Notes: generated by a model not told the origin, from the sequence alone. A stretch of 64,000 bases of DNA from an uncultured Chthoniobacteraceae bacterium (GCA_964595865.1 CAZQRL010000003.1:174083-238082); one strand, 5' to 3'; positions 38,918 through 51,530 are shown, counted from the first letter of the stretch. Program-made: numbers and translations.

Positions 38918-39010
38918 TCCACCAAATGTGCCCTGAAATTGGTCTCCAGACACCACCCCTTCGGTGATTCTGGCCGAACCTAAGCCATAAGCCCAACCGC
39001 CGACCTCGCC

Positions 39011-42000
39011 ATGTCTGAACGCATTCATTTCGGAAAACTGCACGAAGTTATCGCTCCGCCGAACTTCATCGAACTGCAAATCCACTCCTACAAAGAGTTT
39101 TTCCAGCTGAATGTGCCGCCCAGCCAGCGCAAGTGCGTGGGGCTGCAAGCGGTCTTCCGGGAATTCTTCCCCATCCAAGGCTTCGACGAAAAAACCAGCC
39201 TGGATTTTGTTTCCTACGATTTGAACGAGCCGAAGATGGATGCCGAGGAAGCGCAGCGGGAAGGGGAAACCTACAGCGGGTCGCTCTACGTCACCTTCCG
39301 TTACAAAGACGAACGCGGGGCCAAGGATGAGAAGGTTTACATGGGCGAGATTCCGCTCATGACCGAGCGTGGCACCTTCGTGATCAATGGGGCTGAACGC
39401 GTGGTCGTTTCTCAGTTACATCGTTCGCCCGGCATCTGCTTTGAGACCGATGTGCATCTCAACGGGAAGCTGCTCTATGGATTCCGGGTCATTCCGGACC
39501 GGGGCTCTTGGATGGAGGTTCAGTTCGACACCAGCGACCTGCTCTACGTTTACCTCGACCGCCGCAAACGTCGCCGCAAATTCCTGGCCACGACCTTCCT
39601 GCGCACCCTCGGCTACCCTACTGATCAGGATATCATCAACCTCTTCTACACCATCGAGACGCTCAAGCTGAACGAAAACCTCGACGAAGAGGAAATCAGC
39701 ACCAAGGTGCCGGTTGCCGATGTCATGGATGGCGAGGCCATCGTGGCCCGTGCGTTTGAGCCGCTCAATAAAACCGTGGTGCGTGACATCCTTAACGTGG
39801 GGCACAAATCCATTCAGGTGATTGATACCAAGGAAGACGACACAATCATCAAGTCGCTGAAGAAAGACACCGCGAAAAACGAGGAAGAGGCGCTCAAGGA
39901 TATCTATCGTAAAATCCGTCCTGGCGACCCGCCCACGGCGCAGAACGCGCGGAACATGATCAAGCGGCTTTTCTTTGATCCCAAGCGCTATGACTTGGGC
40001 CGCGTCGGCCGCCACAAAATCAACGTCAAGCTCAATCTGGACGTAAACCCTGAGGAGCGCACTCTTACACCTGAGGACTTTGTGGCGGCGATGCGTTACC
40101 TCGTCAAACTCCGTCAAGGTGATGGGATGATTGACGACATTGACCACCTCGGCAGTCGCCGCATCAGGACGGTGGGCGAGCTTTTGGCCAATCAATGCCG
40201 CCTCGGGCTGGCCCGCACAGAACGCTTGGTGCGGGAGCGCATGTCGCTCTACGAAGCCGGTGTGGACCACATCACGCCGTCCAAATTGATCAATCCGAAG
40301 TCCCTCAGCGCGGTGATCCGGGATTTCTTTGGGCGCTCTCAACTCAGTCAGTTCATGGATCAGACCAATCCGCTGTCTGAGCTGACCCACAAGCGCCGCC
40401 TTTCGGCCCTCGGGCCGGGTGGCCTCAGTCGCGACCGCGCGGGTTTTGAAGTGCGCGACGTGCATCCTTCGCACTACGGGCGCATCTGTCCGATTGAGAC
40501 GCCGGAAGGTCCGAACATCGGCCTCATCAACAGTCTCTCCATTTACGCTCGGGTGAACGAGTTTGGCTTCATCGAAACGCCCTACCGCAAAGTCACCAAC
40601 GGCAAGGTGAGCGACGGTGTGGAATATCTCAGCGCCGATCGGGATGAGAATTTCTACATCGCCCAGGCCAACACGCCTTTGGATGAGAATAAGCAGATCG
40701 CCGTGGAGCGGGTGCAGTGCCGTTATCGCGGGGAATTTGTCGAAGTGGACCGCGCGCTCGTCCAATACATGGATGTCTCGCCCAAGCAGCTCGTCTCCGT
40801 GGCGGCAGGGCTGATTCCATTCCTCGAGCACGACGACGCCAACCGCGCTCTCATGGGCTCGAACATGCAGCGCCAAGGCGTGCCCCTGTTGGTCTCTGAA
40901 TCTCCGTTGGTCGGCACCGGCATGGAATCCCGCGTTGCTCGGGATTCCCGCGCTGTCGTTTGCGCGGAGGCTCCGGGTATTGTGGCCTCGGTCACCGCGA
41001 CGCAGATTTTGATCACTCCGGATGGCCAAGTGCCGACTGATAAGCGCAAACTCAAAACCGATCGCAAGGCCGGCATTTACCTCTACAAACTGCGCAAATT
41101 CCTGCGCTCGAATGCCAGCACTTGCATCACGCAAAAGCCCATCGTGCGCAAAGGCCAGAAAGTCAAAGCTGGGGAGGTTATTGCGGACGGGCCGAATACC
41201 GAGAATGGCGAGCTGGCTCTGGGCCGCAACGTGCTGGTGGCCTTCATGCCTTGGAATGGTTACAATTTCGAAGATGCGATCCTCATCTCCGAGCGAGTCG
41301 TCAAAGAGGACATCTACACTTCGATTCACATTGACGAATTTGAAATCGGAGCCCGCGATACCAAGCTCGGCCCCGAGGAAATTACCAAGGACATTCCCAA
41401 TGTCTCCGAAGAAGCCTTGGTCAACCTCGGCAACGACGGCGTGATTCGCATCGGGGCGGAAGTCAAACCGGGTGACATCCTCGTCGGCAAAATCACTCCC
41501 AAGAGCGAAACCGAGTTGGCCCCCGAAGAACGCCTCCTGCGGGCCATCTTCAACGAGAAGGCGGCCGACGTCAAAGACACCTCGCTCACCGTTCCCTCGG
41601 GAACCTACGGCATCGTCATGGATGTGAAGGTTTCCTCCAAGAAGGAAGTCACACGCACGAAAATGACTGCCGCCGAGTCCAAGCGGCAGCAGAAGACCAT
41701 CGAAGCGGACTTCCAGCGCCGCAAGGATGAGTTGCACGAACAGCTTACAGAAGCACTTTCCAACATCCTCCTGGGTGAGAAAATTCCTCTCGATGTGGTC
41801 AATGCCGAGTCCGGTGAAATCATCATTCCGGCGAATCGCAAAATTACCAAACAGCTCCTGCGCAAACTCGCCGGAGTTTATGCTCACGTGGAAATTGACC
41901 CCAGCCCGATCCGCAACAAAATCCGCGAGATCATCGGTCAATACGAGCATCGCTTCGAGGATCTCGAGCGCGAGAAAGAACTCAACCTTGGTCGGATTGA

Positions 42001-42814
42001 GAGCGGGGACGATATTGACCCCGGAATCATCAAACAGGTCAAAGTCTATATCGCCTCGAAACGCAAACTCAGCGTCGGGGACAAGATGGCCGGCCGACAT
42101 GGCAACAAGGGCGTCGTGGCCAAGATCGTTCCCGAAGAAGACATGCCCTTCCTGGCCGATGGTACCCCGGTGGATATCGTGCTCAATCCCTTGGGGGTGC
42201 CCAGCCGCATGAACGTCGGGCAGGTGCTCGAAACCCACCTCGGCGTCGCCGCCAAGGCCCTCGGCTTCAAGGTCGCTACCCCGGTATTTGATGGCATCCC
42301 CGAGGATCGCATCCGCGAGTATCTTCGCGAGGCCAAGACCAAAGATGGCTTCACTTGGATCAACGAAAATGGGAAAGCCACGCTTTACGATGGCCGCACC
42401 GGGGATCCGTTCGATCAACAGGTGGTGGTCGGTTACATTTACATGCTCAAGCTCGGTCACTTGGTGGCCGATAAAATCCACGCCCGGGCGGTCGGCCCTT
42501 ACAGCCTCGTCACGCAGCAGCCTCTCGGTGGTAAAGCCCAGTATGGCGGCCAGCGCTTCGGGGAAATGGAAGTCTGGGCACTCGAAGCCTACGGTGCTGC
42601 CTACACCCTGCAAGAATTGCTCACCGTCAAATCCGACGATGTGCAAGGTCGCACCCGTATTTACGAGAGCATTGTCAAAGGGGATAACTCCCTCACGGCC
42701 GGCACCCCGGAATCCTTCAACGTTCTCATTAAGGAAATGCAAGGGCTCGGTCTGGATGTTAAAGTGGGCGGCTCGCGCCATGCTGCCGCTGCTGCCGACC
42801 CAGCCCGCGATTGA
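39011..42814 (+). CDS. rpoB: DNA-directed RNA polymerase subunit beta
   Basis: 1267 aa with unmistakable RpoB blocks ([44 protein letters not shown]). Confidence 0.97.
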   Translation: MSERIHFGKLHEVIAPPNFIELQIHSYKEFFQLNVPPSQRKCVGLQAVFREFFPIQGFDEKTSLDFVSYDLNEPKMDAEEAQREGETYSGSLYVTFRYKDERGAKDEKVYMGEIPLMTERGTFVINGAERVVVSQLHRSPGICFETDVHLNGKLLYGFRVIPDRGSWMEVQFDTSDLLYVYLDRRKRRRKFLATTFLRTLGYPTDQDIINLFYTIETLKLNENLDEEEISTKVPVADVMDGEAIVARAFEPLNKTVVRDILNVGHKSIQVIDTKEDDTIIKSLKKDTAKNEEEALKDIYRKIRPGDPPTAQNARNMIKRLFFDPKRYDLGRVGRHKINVKLNLDVNPEERTLTPEDFVAAMRYLVKLRQGDGMIDDIDHLGSRRIRTVGELLANQCRLGLARTERLVRERMSLYEAGVDHITPSKLINPKSLSAVIRDFFGRSQLSQFMDQTNPLSELTHKRRLSALGPGGLSRDRAGFEVRDVHPSHYGRICPIETPEGPNIGLINSLSIYARVNEFGFIETPYRKVTNGKVSDGVEYLSADRDENFYIAQANTPLDENKQIAVERVQCRYRGEFVEVDRALVQYMDVSPKQLVSVAAGLIPFLEHDDANRALMGSNMQRQGVPLLVSESPLVGTGMESRVARDSRAVVCAEAPGIVASVTATQILITPDGQVPTDKRKLKTDRKAGIYLYKLRKFLRSNASTCITQKPIVRKGQKVKAGEVIADGPNTENGELALGRNVLVAFMPWNGYNFEDAILISERVVKEDIYTSIHIDEFEIGARDTKLGPEEITKDIPNVSEEALVNLGNDGVIRIGAEVKPGDILVGKITPKSETELAPEERLLRAIFNEKAADVKDTSLTVPSGTYGIVMDVKVSSKKEVTRTKMTAAESKRQQKTIEADFQRRKDELHEQLTEALSNILLGEKIPLDVVNAESGEIIIPANRKITKQLLRKLAGVYAHVEIDPSPIRNKIREIIGQYEHRFEDLEREKELNLGRIESGDDIDPGIIKQVKVYIASKRKLSVGDKMAGRHGNKGVVAKIVPEEDMPFLADGTPVDIVLNPLGVPSRMNVGQVLETHLGVAAKALGFKVATPVFDGIPEDRIREYLREAKTKDGFTWINENGKATLYDGRTGDPFDQQVVVGYIYMLKLGHLVADKIHARAVGPYSLVTQQPLGGKAQYGGQRFGEMEVWALEAYGAAYTLQELLTVKSDDVQGRTRIYESIVKGDNSLTAGTPESFNVLIKEMQGLGLDVKVGGSRHAAAAADPARD

Positions 42815-42857
42815 TTCCTCGTCCACCCACACTCACTTGTAGCACCCGATAACTATT

Positions 42858-45800
42858 ATGACTGAAACCAATTTTCGCGAAACCATGGGCGAAGAACGCA
42901 GCGTCGGTTTCGACGAGGTCGGAATTACCGTTGCCTCTCCGGACTCGATCCGCGATTGGTCCAAAGGCGAGGTCAAAAACCCCGAGACCATTAACTACCG
43001 CACCTTCAAGCCGGAAAAAGGCGGCCTCTTCTGTGAGCGTATTTTCGGGCCCACCAAAGATTGGGAGTGCTCCTGCGGAAAATACAAACGCATCAAATAC
43101 AAAGGCACCATCTGCGATCGCTGCGGTGTCGAAGTTACGCTCTCCCGCGTGCGCCGGGAGCGCATGGGGCACATTGAGTTGGCCGTCCCCGTCTCGCACA
43201 TTTGGTTCTATAAGTGCATGCCCAGCCGCATCGGCCTCATGCTCGACAAAACCTCGCGGGAGCTGGAACGAATTATTTACTACGAGGATTACGTGGTCAT
43301 TGATCCGGGTGATACGCCGCTCCAACGCGGAGATTTGCTCAGCGAGGCGGAGTATCAGGATGCGCTGGATGCGCACGGCGAACGCTTCATCGCTGGCATG
43401 GGAGCCGAGGCCATTCAGAAACTGCTGGAAAATATTGACCTCGCTGCCGAGGCCCGCGACCTGGAAGAAAAAATGGCCAATACCCGCAGCAAACAACTGC
43501 GGAAAAAGTATGCCAAGCGCCTCAAACTCGTGCAGGGCTTTGCCTCCTCGCATACTCGCCCAGAATGGATGATCCTCACGGTCCTGCCGGTTATTCCACC
43601 GGATTTGCGGCCCCTCGTTCCACTGGAAGGCGGGCGCTTTGCCACATCGGATCTCAACGACCTGTATCGTCGGGTTATCAACCGCAACAACCGCCTGAAA
43701 ACGCTCCTGCAACTCAAGACGCCGGAAGTTATTATCCGCAACGAGAAGCGCATGTTGCAGGAGGCCGTGGATGCGCTTTTTGACAATGGTCGCCATGGAC
43801 GTGCCGTCACTGGCACCGCAAACCGTCCGCTCAAATCCCTCAGCGATATGCTTAAGGGCAAGAGCGGTCGCTTCCGGCAAAACCTCCTCGGCAAACGTGT
43901 GGATTACTCTGGACGCTCGGTGATCGTCATCGGCCCAGAACTCAAACTCCACCAGTGCGGCTTGCCGAAGAAAATGGCCCTGGTGCTTTTTGAGCCCTTC
44001 ATTATCCGCCGCCTCAAAGAGCTGGGCTACGTGCACACTGTGCGCAGTGCCAAGAAGATGATCGAGCGTCAGACGCCGGAGGTGTGGGATATTCTGGAAG
44101 AAGTTACCAAAGGCCATCCCGTCCTGCTGAACCGTGCGCCGACGCTGCACCGCCTTTCCATTCAGGCCTTCGAGCCGCAACTGATTGAAGGGGAAGCCAT
44201 CCGGGTCCACCCGTTGGTCTGCACGGCTTACAATGCCGACTTCGATGGCGACCAGATGGCCGTGCATGTGCCGCTCTCTGTCGAGGCTCAGTTGGAAGCC
44301 CGCATGCTCATGCTGGCCCCGAACAACATCTTCGGCCCCTCCAACGGCAAGCCGATCACCACCCCCTCGCAAGACATTCCGCTGGGTTGCTACTACCTCA
44401 CCGCGAACCCGCGCGGTCCCGAGGCCAAAAAAGAAGGACGGCTGCCTTTGTTTGCAGATGCCAGTGAAGTGGAACTCGCCTTGGCGGAAGGAGCCATCAA
44501 GACCCATAGCCGCATCCGGTTGAAAAATCCCGATTACGGACGATCCACCGTCTATGGAAACTCCGAGGTCAAGATCCTCGAAACCACTGCCGGGCGCGTG
44601 AAATTCAACCAAATCTGGCCCGCCGAACTCGGCTTCTACAATAAAGTCGCCGGCAAGAAGCAGCTCTCCGACATCATCTGGCGTTGTTACAAAGCCGTCG
44701 GTCAGCAACGCACTGTCGAAGCCTTGGACCGCCTGAAAGAAGTTGGTTTCCGCGAAGCCACGCAGGCCGGGATTTCCATCGGCACTGCGGATATGATTAT
44801 CCCGGCGGAAAAGAAGACCCTTCTCGAAGCTGCTTTCAAGCAGGTCAACGAGGTGGAGAATCAATACCGCAAAGGGATCATCACGGATGGGGAGCGGAAA
44901 AACAAAGTCCAGGACATCTGGACTCACACCGGGGAAGAAATTGCCAATGCGCTTTTCCGCACCCTCGAATTCAACGAAGGGCGTGGCGAGATGAACCCCG
45001 TCTTCACCATGGTGGACTCGGGAGCCCGCGGCAACCGCACCCAGATCAAACAGTTGGGTGGGATGCGCGGTCTAATGGCCAAACCTTCCGGCGAAATCAT
45101 TGAGCAGCCGATTCTCTCCAATTTCCGCGAGGGTCTTTCAGTGCTGGAGTATTTCATTTCCACACACGGAGCCCGCAAGGGTCTCGCCGACACGGCACTC
45201 AAGACTGCAGATTCCGGCTACCTCACCCGCAAACTCGTGGATGCCGCCCAAGATGTGATCGTTACCGAGGATGATTGCGGCACGGTCAATGGCATCGTCG
45301 TGCAACCAATTTACGAAGGCGATGATGAGGTGGTGAGCCTGTCCGCCCGCATCGTCGGCCGCACCAGCTGCGAAACCATCAAGGATCCGGTGACCCAGGA
45401 GCCGATCGTCAAAGCCAATCAGCTGATTGACGAAGACATCGCCGCCAAGTTGGAAAACATCGGGGTGGAACGCCTGAAAATCCGCTCCGCGCTTACTTGC
45501 GAAACCAAGCGCGGGATTTGCGTCAAGTGCTATGGCCGCAACTTGGCTACCGGCCTGGCGGTCAAGCTCGGCGAAGCCGTTGGGATTGTCGCCGCGCAAT
45601 CCATCGGCGAGCCTGGAACCCAGCTGACGATGCGGACTTTCCACGTCGGTGGCACCGCCAGCCAGACCTTCAAACAGCCGATCATCCGCGCCAAAAACGC
45701 CGGACAAATTCGCTTCCACGATCTGCGCACCGTCAAAACGACCGATGGCACCTACGTGGTCTTGAACAAAAATGGCACCATTGGCATCTACGACAAAAAC

Positions 45801-46979
45801 GGCCGTGAGCTGGAAAGTTACTCTCTGGTGCTCGGTGCGGTGATTTCCGTCAACGATGGCGATACCATCAAGAAAGACCAGACCTTGGTGCAGTGGGATC
45901 CCTACAACGTTCCCATTATTACCGAGCGCGGCGGGAAAGTGGAATTCAAAGATATGATTCCCGGGGTGACGATCCGCAAGGAGATTGATGAAGCCACCGG
46001 GGTGATGGGCACCGTGGTTATCGAGCATAAGGAGGATATGCACCCGCAGATCCTCGTTCGCGACGAGAACAAGGAAATCGTGGCCCAATACTCCATTCCG
46101 GCCGGAGCACACGTAGAAGTCAAGGATGGAGCCAAAGTGGCTGCTGGACAACGTCTCGCCAAGACTCCGCGCAAGATCGCCAAGACCAAGGACATCACCG
46201 GGGGTCTGCCCCGCGTGGCGGAACTCTTCGAAGCCCGTAAGCCCAAGGACTCCGCCGAGATTGCCAAGATTGATGGCGTGGTGGAAATCGGCGGCACGGT
46301 GCGCGGAAAACGCCGCCTCATCGTCCGCGATCCGCATACCGGGGCCGAGGAAGAACACCTCATCCCGCTCAATAAGCACATCATCGTCTTCAAAGGTGAC
46401 ACGGTCAAAAAAGGCCAACAGCTCACGGAAGGTCCGGTGGTGCCGCATGAGATTCTCGAAATTTGCGGACCGCAGGAATTGCAGGAGCACCTTCTCAACG
46501 AAGTCCAGGAAGTCTATCGCCTCCAGGGGGTGGAGATTAACGATAAGCACATTGAAATCATCGTCCGCCAAATGCTCCGCAAGGTGAAAGTCACCGATCC
46601 AGGGGATACGAACCTGCTCTGGGGGGATCAGATTGACCGTCTGACTTTCGAGGAAGAAAACCAGCGAGTCGCGGAAATGGGCGGCAAGCCCGCCGAAGCC
46701 TCGCCGGTGCTCCTCGGCATTACCAAGGCCTCGCTCGAGACCGACAGCTTCATCTCGGCCGCTTCCTTCCAAGACACCACCCGGGTCCTTACCGAAGCCG
46801 CCACGCTCGGCAAAGTGGATACCCTGCGCGGCTTCAAAGAAAACGTCATCATGGGCCACCTCATCCCGGCTGGTACTGGATTCCCCAGCAACCGGGAAAT
46901 CAAGCTGGTCAATCTCGGTGAGGAAGTGGAAGCTCCTCCCCACGATGCCGAACCGGTCCTGAACCAGGAGGCTGTCTAA
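42858..46979 (+). CDS. rpoC: DNA-directed RNA polymerase subunit beta'
   Basis: 1373 aa with the Zn-finger [23 protein letters not shown], the catalytic [12 protein letters not shown] and GLPKKMAL. Confidence 0.97.
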   Translation: MTETNFRETMGEERSVGFDEVGITVASPDSIRDWSKGEVKNPETINYRTFKPEKGGLFCERIFGPTKDWECSCGKYKRIKYKGTICDRCGVEVTLSRVRRERMGHIELAVPVSHIWFYKCMPSRIGLMLDKTSRELERIIYYEDYVVIDPGDTPLQRGDLLSEAEYQDALDAHGERFIAGMGAEAIQKLLENIDLAAEARDLEEKMANTRSKQLRKKYAKRLKLVQGFASSHTRPEWMILTVLPVIPPDLRPLVPLEGGRFATSDLNDLYRRVINRNNRLKTLLQLKTPEVIIRNEKRMLQEAVDALFDNGRHGRAVTGTANRPLKSLSDMLKGKSGRFRQNLLGKRVDYSGRSVIVIGPELKLHQCGLPKKMALVLFEPFIIRRLKELGYVHTVRSAKKMIERQTPEVWDILEEVTKGHPVLLNRAPTLHRLSIQAFEPQLIEGEAIRVHPLVCTAYNADFDGDQMAVHVPLSVEAQLEARMLMLAPNNIFGPSNGKPITTPSQDIPLGCYYLTANPRGPEAKKEGRLPLFADASEVELALAEGAIKTHSRIRLKNPDYGRSTVYGNSEVKILETTAGRVKFNQIWPAELGFYNKVAGKKQLSDIIWRCYKAVGQQRTVEALDRLKEVGFREATQAGISIGTADMIIPAEKKTLLEAAFKQVNEVENQYRKGIITDGERKNKVQDIWTHTGEEIANALFRTLEFNEGRGEMNPVFTMVDSGARGNRTQIKQLGGMRGLMAKPSGEIIEQPILSNFREGLSVLEYFISTHGARKGLADTALKTADSGYLTRKLVDAAQDVIVTEDDCGTVNGIVVQPIYEGDDEVVSLSARIVGRTSCETIKDPVTQEPIVKANQLIDEDIAAKLENIGVERLKIRSALTCETKRGICVKCYGRNLATGLAVKLGEAVGIVAAQSIGEPGTQLTMRTFHVGGTASQTFKQPIIRAKNAGQIRFHDLRTVKTTDGTYVVLNKNGTIGIYDKNGRELESYSLVLGAVISVNDGDTIKKDQTLVQWDPYNVPIITERGGKVEFKDMIPGVTIRKEIDEATGVMGTVVIEHKEDMHPQILVRDENKEIVAQYSIPAGAHVEVKDGAKVAAGQRLAKTPRKIAKTKDITGGLPRVAELFEARKPKDSAEIAKIDGVVEIGGTVRGKRRLIVRDPHTGAEEEHLIPLNKHIIVFKGDTVKKGQQLTEGPVVPHEILEICGPQELQEHLLNEVQEVYRLQGVEINDKHIEIIVRQMLRKVKVTDPGDTNLLWGDQIDRLTFEEENQRVAEMGGKPAEASPVLLGITKASLETDSFISAASFQDTTRVLTEAATLGKVDTLRGFKENVIMGHLIPAGTGFPSNREIKLVNLGEEVEAPPHDAEPVLNQEAV

Positions 46980-47018
46980 ACCACCTGATCTCTTCTCTGC
47001 CAACCTTAACCCGATCCA

Positions 47019-47765
47019 ATGAGCCAAACTGATACCTCGTCTCCGCAGCACGTGGAGCACCTCACCGACCTGCTCGAGGCCGGCGTGCACTACGGGCACC
47101 AAACCAAACGCTGGAATCCCAAAATGCGCGACTTCATTCTCGAAGAGCGCAATGCTATCTACATCATCAACCTCGAGAAAACCCTCGATCAGTTGCAAAA
47201 AGCCTGCGACTTCCTGCGCGAAGTCACCGCCCGCGGAGGTAAAATCCTTTTCGTCGGCACCAAAAAACAGGCCCAGGAGGCCGTGCGCGAGGCGGCTGAA
47301 TTGACGGGACAGTTCTACATCAATCAAAGGTGGTTGGGTGGAACCTTGACCAACCTGCAAACCATCCGTCGCAGTGTGGCTCGCTGGGACGAGATCGAGG
47401 CCATTGAAGCCTCTCCGAATTACAGTCGGATGAACAAGCAGGAAGCCAGTGCCTTACGCCGCGAAGCAGCCCGCCTGAAAAATAACCTCGGTGGTATTCG
47501 CCGCATGGAAAAGCTCCCCGATGCGCTCGTGGTGGTAGATACGATGCGGGAGGAGATTGCCGTTGCGGAAGCCAACCGTCTTGGCATTCCGGTGCTGGCC
47601 ATTGTGGATACCAACGCCGATCCGGAGAAAATTGATTACCCTATCGCCGGGAATGATGATGCTATCCGTTCGATCCGCATCATCCTGCAAAAGCTGGTCG
47701 AGGCCATTTCGCCTTCCACTCCCGCTGCCAGCAAAGATCCTGGTCTCGCCGCTGTCGGCGAATAA
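47019..47765 (+). CDS. rpsB: 30S ribosomal protein S2
   Basis: 248 aa: [35 protein letters not shown]. Confidence 0.95.
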   Translation: MSQTDTSSPQHVEHLTDLLEAGVHYGHQTKRWNPKMRDFILEERNAIYIINLEKTLDQLQKACDFLREVTARGGKILFVGTKKQAQEAVREAAELTGQFYINQRWLGGTLTNLQTIRRSVARWDEIEAIEASPNYSRMNKQEASALRREAARLKNNLGGIRRMEKLPDALVVVDTMREEIAVAEANRLGIPVLAIVDTNADPEKIDYPIAGNDDAIRSIRIILQKLVEAISPSTPAASKDPGLAAVGE

Positions 47766-47801
47766 CTCTCCCCGGAGCCCAGACCCTAACATCCCACCCC
47801 T

Positions 47802-48410
47802 ATGGCTGAAATCTCTCCTTCTCTCGTAAAGGAACTCCGCGAAAAAACCAACGCTGGCATGATGGATTGCAAGCGGGCTTTGGCAGAATGTGGCGGCGAT
47901 CTGGAAAAAGCCGAGACCTATCTCCGGCAAAAAGGCATCGCTGGAGCCTCAAAAAAAGCTTCCCGCACGGCCAAAGAAGGCATCGTCGCCTCCTACATCC
48001 ACCTGGCCGGCAAAGTCGGTGTTCTCGTTGAGGTCAACTGCGAAACGGATTTTGTCGCCAAGAACGATATCTTCCGCGATTTCGTGAAGGACATCACTTT
48101 GCACATTGCAGCAGCTGCTCCCAGCTACGTTTCCCGGGAGGAAGTCCCGGCGGATCTCGTAGCCAAAGAAAGCGCCATTTTCGCCGCCCAAGTCCAAGGC
48201 AAGCCGGCCAACATCGTGGAGAAAATTGTCGCCGGGAAAATGGACAAGTTCTACTCCACCATCTGCCTCTTGGAGCAGGGGTTCATTAAGAATCCCGACA
48301 TGACCATTCAAGACTACATCAACTCTAAGATTGCCGAGTTGGGGGAAAACCTCCGCATTCGGCGCTTCACCCGCTACATGGTGGGTGAGGAATTGGCTGA
48401 CGCTAGCTGA
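47802..48410 (+). CDS. tsf: translation elongation factor Ts (short form)
   Basis: 202 aa: VKELREKTNAGMMDCKRALAECGGDLEKA, GKVGVLVEVNCETDFVAKN. Confidence 0.93.
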   Translation: MAEISPSLVKELREKTNAGMMDCKRALAECGGDLEKAETYLRQKGIAGASKKASRTAKEGIVASYIHLAGKVGVLVEVNCETDFVAKNDIFRDFVKDITLHIAAAAPSYVSREEVPADLVAKESAIFAAQVQGKPANIVEKIVAGKMDKFYSTICLLEQGFIKNPDMTIQDYINSKIAELGENLRIRRFTRYMVGEELADAS

Positions 48411-48482
48411 TTCCACTGGGTGAGGCGAGATTTCGCCATTGCGTCTCCTCGCCCGAATTCATAGGATAATCTTTCTTCTTCC

Positions 48483-48564
48483 GGGTAGGTACCGAAGCGG
48501 TCAAACGGGGCGGACTGTAAATCCGCTGGCTCTGCCTTCACAGGTTCGAATCCTGTCCTGCCCA
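48483..48564 (+). tRNA. tRNA-Tyr (anticodon GTA), type II with long variable arm; no encoded CCA
   Basis: Folded by hand. Acceptor GGGTAGG/CCTGCCC (one G-U pair), D stem CCG/CGG, anticodon stem GCGGA/TCCGC with loop CTGTAAA, 13-nt variable arm, T arm ACAGG-TTCGAAT-CCTGT, discriminator A. Closely parallels E. coli tRNA-Tyr. Confidence 0.9.
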
Positions 48565-48610
48565 TTCTCCTCCTGGCGTCCTGGCGGAGACTGGGGACGT
48601 AAGCTCAGGC

Positions 48611-49837
48611 ATGGTGGATGCTTTGTTTCCTGCGACGCGCCAAGAGGCCCAGGCCCGGCTGGTGGAGTTTCTTGAACTGGTGCCGTCCTATGCGGTGGAG
48701 AGGAATTACGTGCGTCCGGGGCATGGGAATGTCTCGCGGCTTTCTCCGGCGATTCGGCACCGATTGCTCACGGAGGAGGAGGTGGTTGGCGCGGTGCTGG
48801 CGCGACATTCTTTTTCCCGCTCCGAGAAATTTCTCCAGGAAGTTTGTTGGCGCAGTTACTGGAAGGGATGGCTGGAGTTGCGCCCGGGGGTCTGGAGGCG
48901 CTATTTGGCGGCGGTCGAGCGACTGCAGCATGAGGTCTCTCCGGCGCTTCAGGCCCGACTACAGGCGCTTTGCGAGGGAACTTCGCCCTCGGGAATCATG
49001 AACGAGTTTAGCCGGGAGCTGTTGCGCACGGGCTACCTGCACAATCACGCGCGGATGTGGTGGGCTTCCTATTGGATTCACCATCAGCAACTGCCGTGGG
49101 AACTAGGGGCGGCCCATTTATTCTCTCACTTGCTGGATGCGGACCCGGCCAGCAACACCCTGAGCTGGCGATGGGTGGCGGGTTTGCAAACCCCCGGGAA
49201 AACCTATTTGGCCCGCACGGGCAACATCACGAAGTATTGTGCACCGGAGCTTCTGAGCAAAGCCGGGGGTATCGGTTTGGCAGAGGAGGTGGAGCCAGTC
49301 TCGATAAGCGAGGAGACGGCGCCGGAGACGCCGGCGAATGAGGACCCTTTTGCGCCTTGTTCGCTAAACAAGGCCTTGTCGGCCAATACGGCTCTGCTCC
49401 TGCACGATGAGGATTTTTCCTTGGAAAACAGCCCGCTGCGGAGGGTTCGTCCGCATGCCCTGTTGCAGTTTGCGCCTGCACTTCCGACCTCTGAGCCACT
49501 GGCGCGCTGGCGGCAAACGGCGCGAGAGGATGCAGCGGGCCGAGCCCAAGCGCATTTCGGGCTGGCACCGCTGCGGTGCGCTACCCCGCAGGAAATCCGT
49601 GCCGCCTGCGAGGCGGGCGGGATTACGACTTTGGCCCTGATTCGCCCTGCGGTCGGTCCTTTGCGGGATGCTCTGCACGGATTGGCGGGGGAGCTGGCCG
49701 CAGTCGGGGTGCGGCTGCACGCGGTGCGTCGTTCTTGGGACGAAAAACTCACGCCGCTGGCCCGGCGGGGCTTTTTTCCATTCTGGGAAAAGGTTGGAGG
49801 GCGCCTGCGCAAGCACGGGCTGGAGGGGTGGCAATGA
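48611..49837 (+). CDS. photolyase/cryptochrome-superfamily protein with inverted topology (N-terminal FAD-binding domain, no N-terminal alpha/beta domain); NewPHL-like
   Basis: 408 aa. Residues 1-~225 align by motif to the FAD-binding domain of photolyases ([60 protein letters not shown]). The C-terminal ~170 aa ([16 protein letters not shown]...) looks like a small alpha/beta domain. Confidence 0.7.
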   Translation: MVDALFPATRQEAQARLVEFLELVPSYAVERNYVRPGHGNVSRLSPAIRHRLLTEEEVVGAVLARHSFSRSEKFLQEVCWRSYWKGWLELRPGVWRRYLAAVERLQHEVSPALQARLQALCEGTSPSGIMNEFSRELLRTGYLHNHARMWWASYWIHHQQLPWELGAAHLFSHLLDADPASNTLSWRWVAGLQTPGKTYLARTGNITKYCAPELLSKAGGIGLAEEVEPVSISEETAPETPANEDPFAPCSLNKALSANTALLLHDEDFSLENSPLRRVRPHALLQFAPALPTSEPLARWRQTAREDAAGRAQAHFGLAPLRCATPQEIRAACEAGGITTLALIRPAVGPLRDALHGLAGELAAVGVRLHAVRRSWDEKLTPLARRGFFPFWEKVGGRLRKHGLEGWQ

Positions 49838-50004
49838 ATGGGGTGGCCAAGGCGCACCTTCCCGAGAAGCTCTGCGTGGTTTGCGGAAGGTGGTTTCGCT
49901 GGCGGAAGAAATGGGAACGTTGCTGGGAGGAGGTGCGGTATTGCAGCGAGGCGTGCCGTCGGAAGCGCCGGGAAGCTCCCGGCGAGCAGGAAGGGGTGCG
50001 ATGA
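49834..50004 (+). CDS. DUF2256 zinc-ribbon protein
   Basis: 56 aa: [49 protein letters not shown] overlaps occur with both neighbours (49834-49837 and 50001-50004). Confidence 0.75.
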   Translation: MNGVAKAHLPEKLCVVCGRWFRWRKKWERCWEEVRYCSEACRRKRREAPGEQEGVR

Positions 50005-51521
50005 GTGACGGAGCGGTGCACTTGGTGTGGTTCAAAAGAGATTTGCGTCTCGAAGACCATGAGCCGCTCTTCCGGGCGGCAAGAGAGGGGGCAATTCTGG
50101 GGCTCTACATTTACGAACCGGAACTTCTCCACTCCCCGGAGTTCTCCGCGGCGCATCTGCTATTCATCAATGAGAGCCTCCGTGAGCTGGAGGCCGGGCT
50201 GGCGGAGCGCGGCGGGCGTCTGATCACGCGGGTGGGGGAGGCGGTGGAGGTGTTGGATCGGTTGGCCGAAGAGTGGCCGGTGGCGGGGCTGTGGTCGCAC
50301 GCCGAAACCGGAAATGCCCTCACTTACGCACGGGATTTGCGGGTGGCATCTTGGGCGCAGCGCCGCGGGATTCGTTGGCAGGAGTTTCGGCAGGATGGGG
50401 TGATTCGTCGGTTGCGCCAGCGGGATGGTTGGGCCGCCCGCTGGGCCGAGCGGATGAACCGCCCCGTCTTCCCCGTTCCGACTGCCTTGCGCAGTCCCCA
50501 GCAAATTCCCAGTCACGGGATTCTCGGGCCGGAAATTTTTTCCCTGCTGCCCAATGATAAAACCGAGACCCAGCCGGGAGGCATGGCGGCGGCGCGCGAG
50601 CGGCTGGAGTCTTTCCTCATGTATCGCGGGGTGAACTACCGGGCGGAAATGTCCAGTCCGGTGACGGGGTGGGAAGGGTGTTCACGGCTGAGTCCGTATC
50701 TGGCTCTCGGATGCATCAGTCTGCGGACAGTGCATCGGGCGGTGGCGGAGCGCCTGGGCGATTTGCGTTTGGCGGAGCGGATGGGAGCGGCGGTGGATCG
50801 TCGGTGGTTCGGCTCCCTCGCCAGCTTCTCTGCCCGATTGCGCTGGCATTGCCATTTCATGCAGAAACTCGAAGACGAGCCCCGCATCGAGTTTGAGAAT
50901 TTTTCCCGTGCCTACGATGGATTGCGGGAGGAATTTTCGCAGACGGCGGAAGCCCAGGAACGGCTGCGGTCCTGGCAGGAGGGGAGAACGGGGTATCCGA
51001 TGGTGGATGCGTGCATGCGGGCGGTGCGGGCCACCGGTTGGCTGAACTTTCGCATGCGTGCCATGGTGGCCAGTTTTGCCGCCTATCATCTCTGGCTCCA
51101 TTGGCGCGAGCCGGCGGTTTTTCTCGCGCGGCACTTTCTGGATTTTGATCCGGGGATACATTTTAGCCAATTTCAGATGCAATCCGGGACCACGGGGATC
51201 AACACGGTGCGCATTTACAGCCCGGCCAAGCAGGTGCTGGATCAAGATCCTGGAGGGGAGTTCATCCGCCGATGGGTGCCGGAGTTGTGCGAGGTGCCAA
51301 ACTCCTGGTTGCCGCAGCCGGAACGGATGTCGGAGGATCTGCAGCGGCGCTTCCACTGCGTCATCGGAGTGGATTATCCCCCGCCGATCGTGGAGCACGC
51401 GGAGGCCGTGCGGCAGGCCCGCGAACGTCTCGCGGCCGTGCGGCGCAGTGCCTCTGCCCGTGGAGAATCCCGCCGGGTGCTGCTGCGGCACGGCAGCCGC
51501 AAACGTCCGGCGCGCCGATAG
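50001..51521 (+). CDS. cryptochrome/photolyase family protein with canonical topology
   Basis: ORF 49668..51521, with the start at 50001 ([23 protein letters not shown]). The FAD-binding domain carries [64 protein letters not shown]. Confidence 0.85.
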   Translation: MSDGAVHLVWFKRDLRLEDHEPLFRAAREGAILGLYIYEPELLHSPEFSAAHLLFINESLRELEAGLAERGGRLITRVGEAVEVLDRLAEEWPVAGLWSHAETGNALTYARDLRVASWAQRRGIRWQEFRQDGVIRRLRQRDGWAARWAERMNRPVFPVPTALRSPQQIPSHGILGPEIFSLLPNDKTETQPGGMAAARERLESFLMYRGVNYRAEMSSPVTGWEGCSRLSPYLALGCISLRTVHRAVAERLGDLRLAERMGAAVDRRWFGSLASFSARLRWHCHFMQKLEDEPRIEFENFSRAYDGLREEFSQTAEAQERLRSWQEGRTGYPMVDACMRAVRATGWLNFRMRAMVASFAAYHLWLHWREPAVFLARHFLDFDPGIHFSQFQMQSGTTGINTVRIYSPAKQVLDQDPGGEFIRRWVPELCEVPNSWLPQPERMSEDLQRRFHCVIGVDYPPPIVEHAEAVRQARERLAAVRRSASARGESRRVLLRHGSRKRPARR

Positions 51522-51530
51522 ATTGCTATC

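Noticed and set aside
39416-42832. 1138-aa ORF antisense to rpoB. Similar giants lie at 42759..44927 and 45138..47360 opposite rpoC, 10988..13516 opposite the glycosidase-like gene, and 60724..63402 opposite cysNC and the aldo/keto reductase.
   Set aside because: These are shadow ORFs typical of GC-rich genomes. They lie exactly opposite strongly supported genes. Their translations are Arg/Gly/Ala/Val-rich with no recognisable motifs.
48411-48482. Hairpin GGCGAG...CTCGCC after tsf as an intrinsic terminator.
   Set aside because: It has a 6-bp stem with an 18-nt loop and no following T-tract. It is too weak to call without folding energies or transcript data.
49668-50000. 111-codon N-terminal extension of the photolyase ORF. 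Similar extensions occur on menE (8207), the desaturase (5713), rplL (38040), actB (35369), actA (35989), nusB (4010) and nadA (1548).
   Set aside because: The extensions overlap well-supported upstream genes and lack family similarity. Internal starts give tight or ATGA junctions and N-termini typical of each family.
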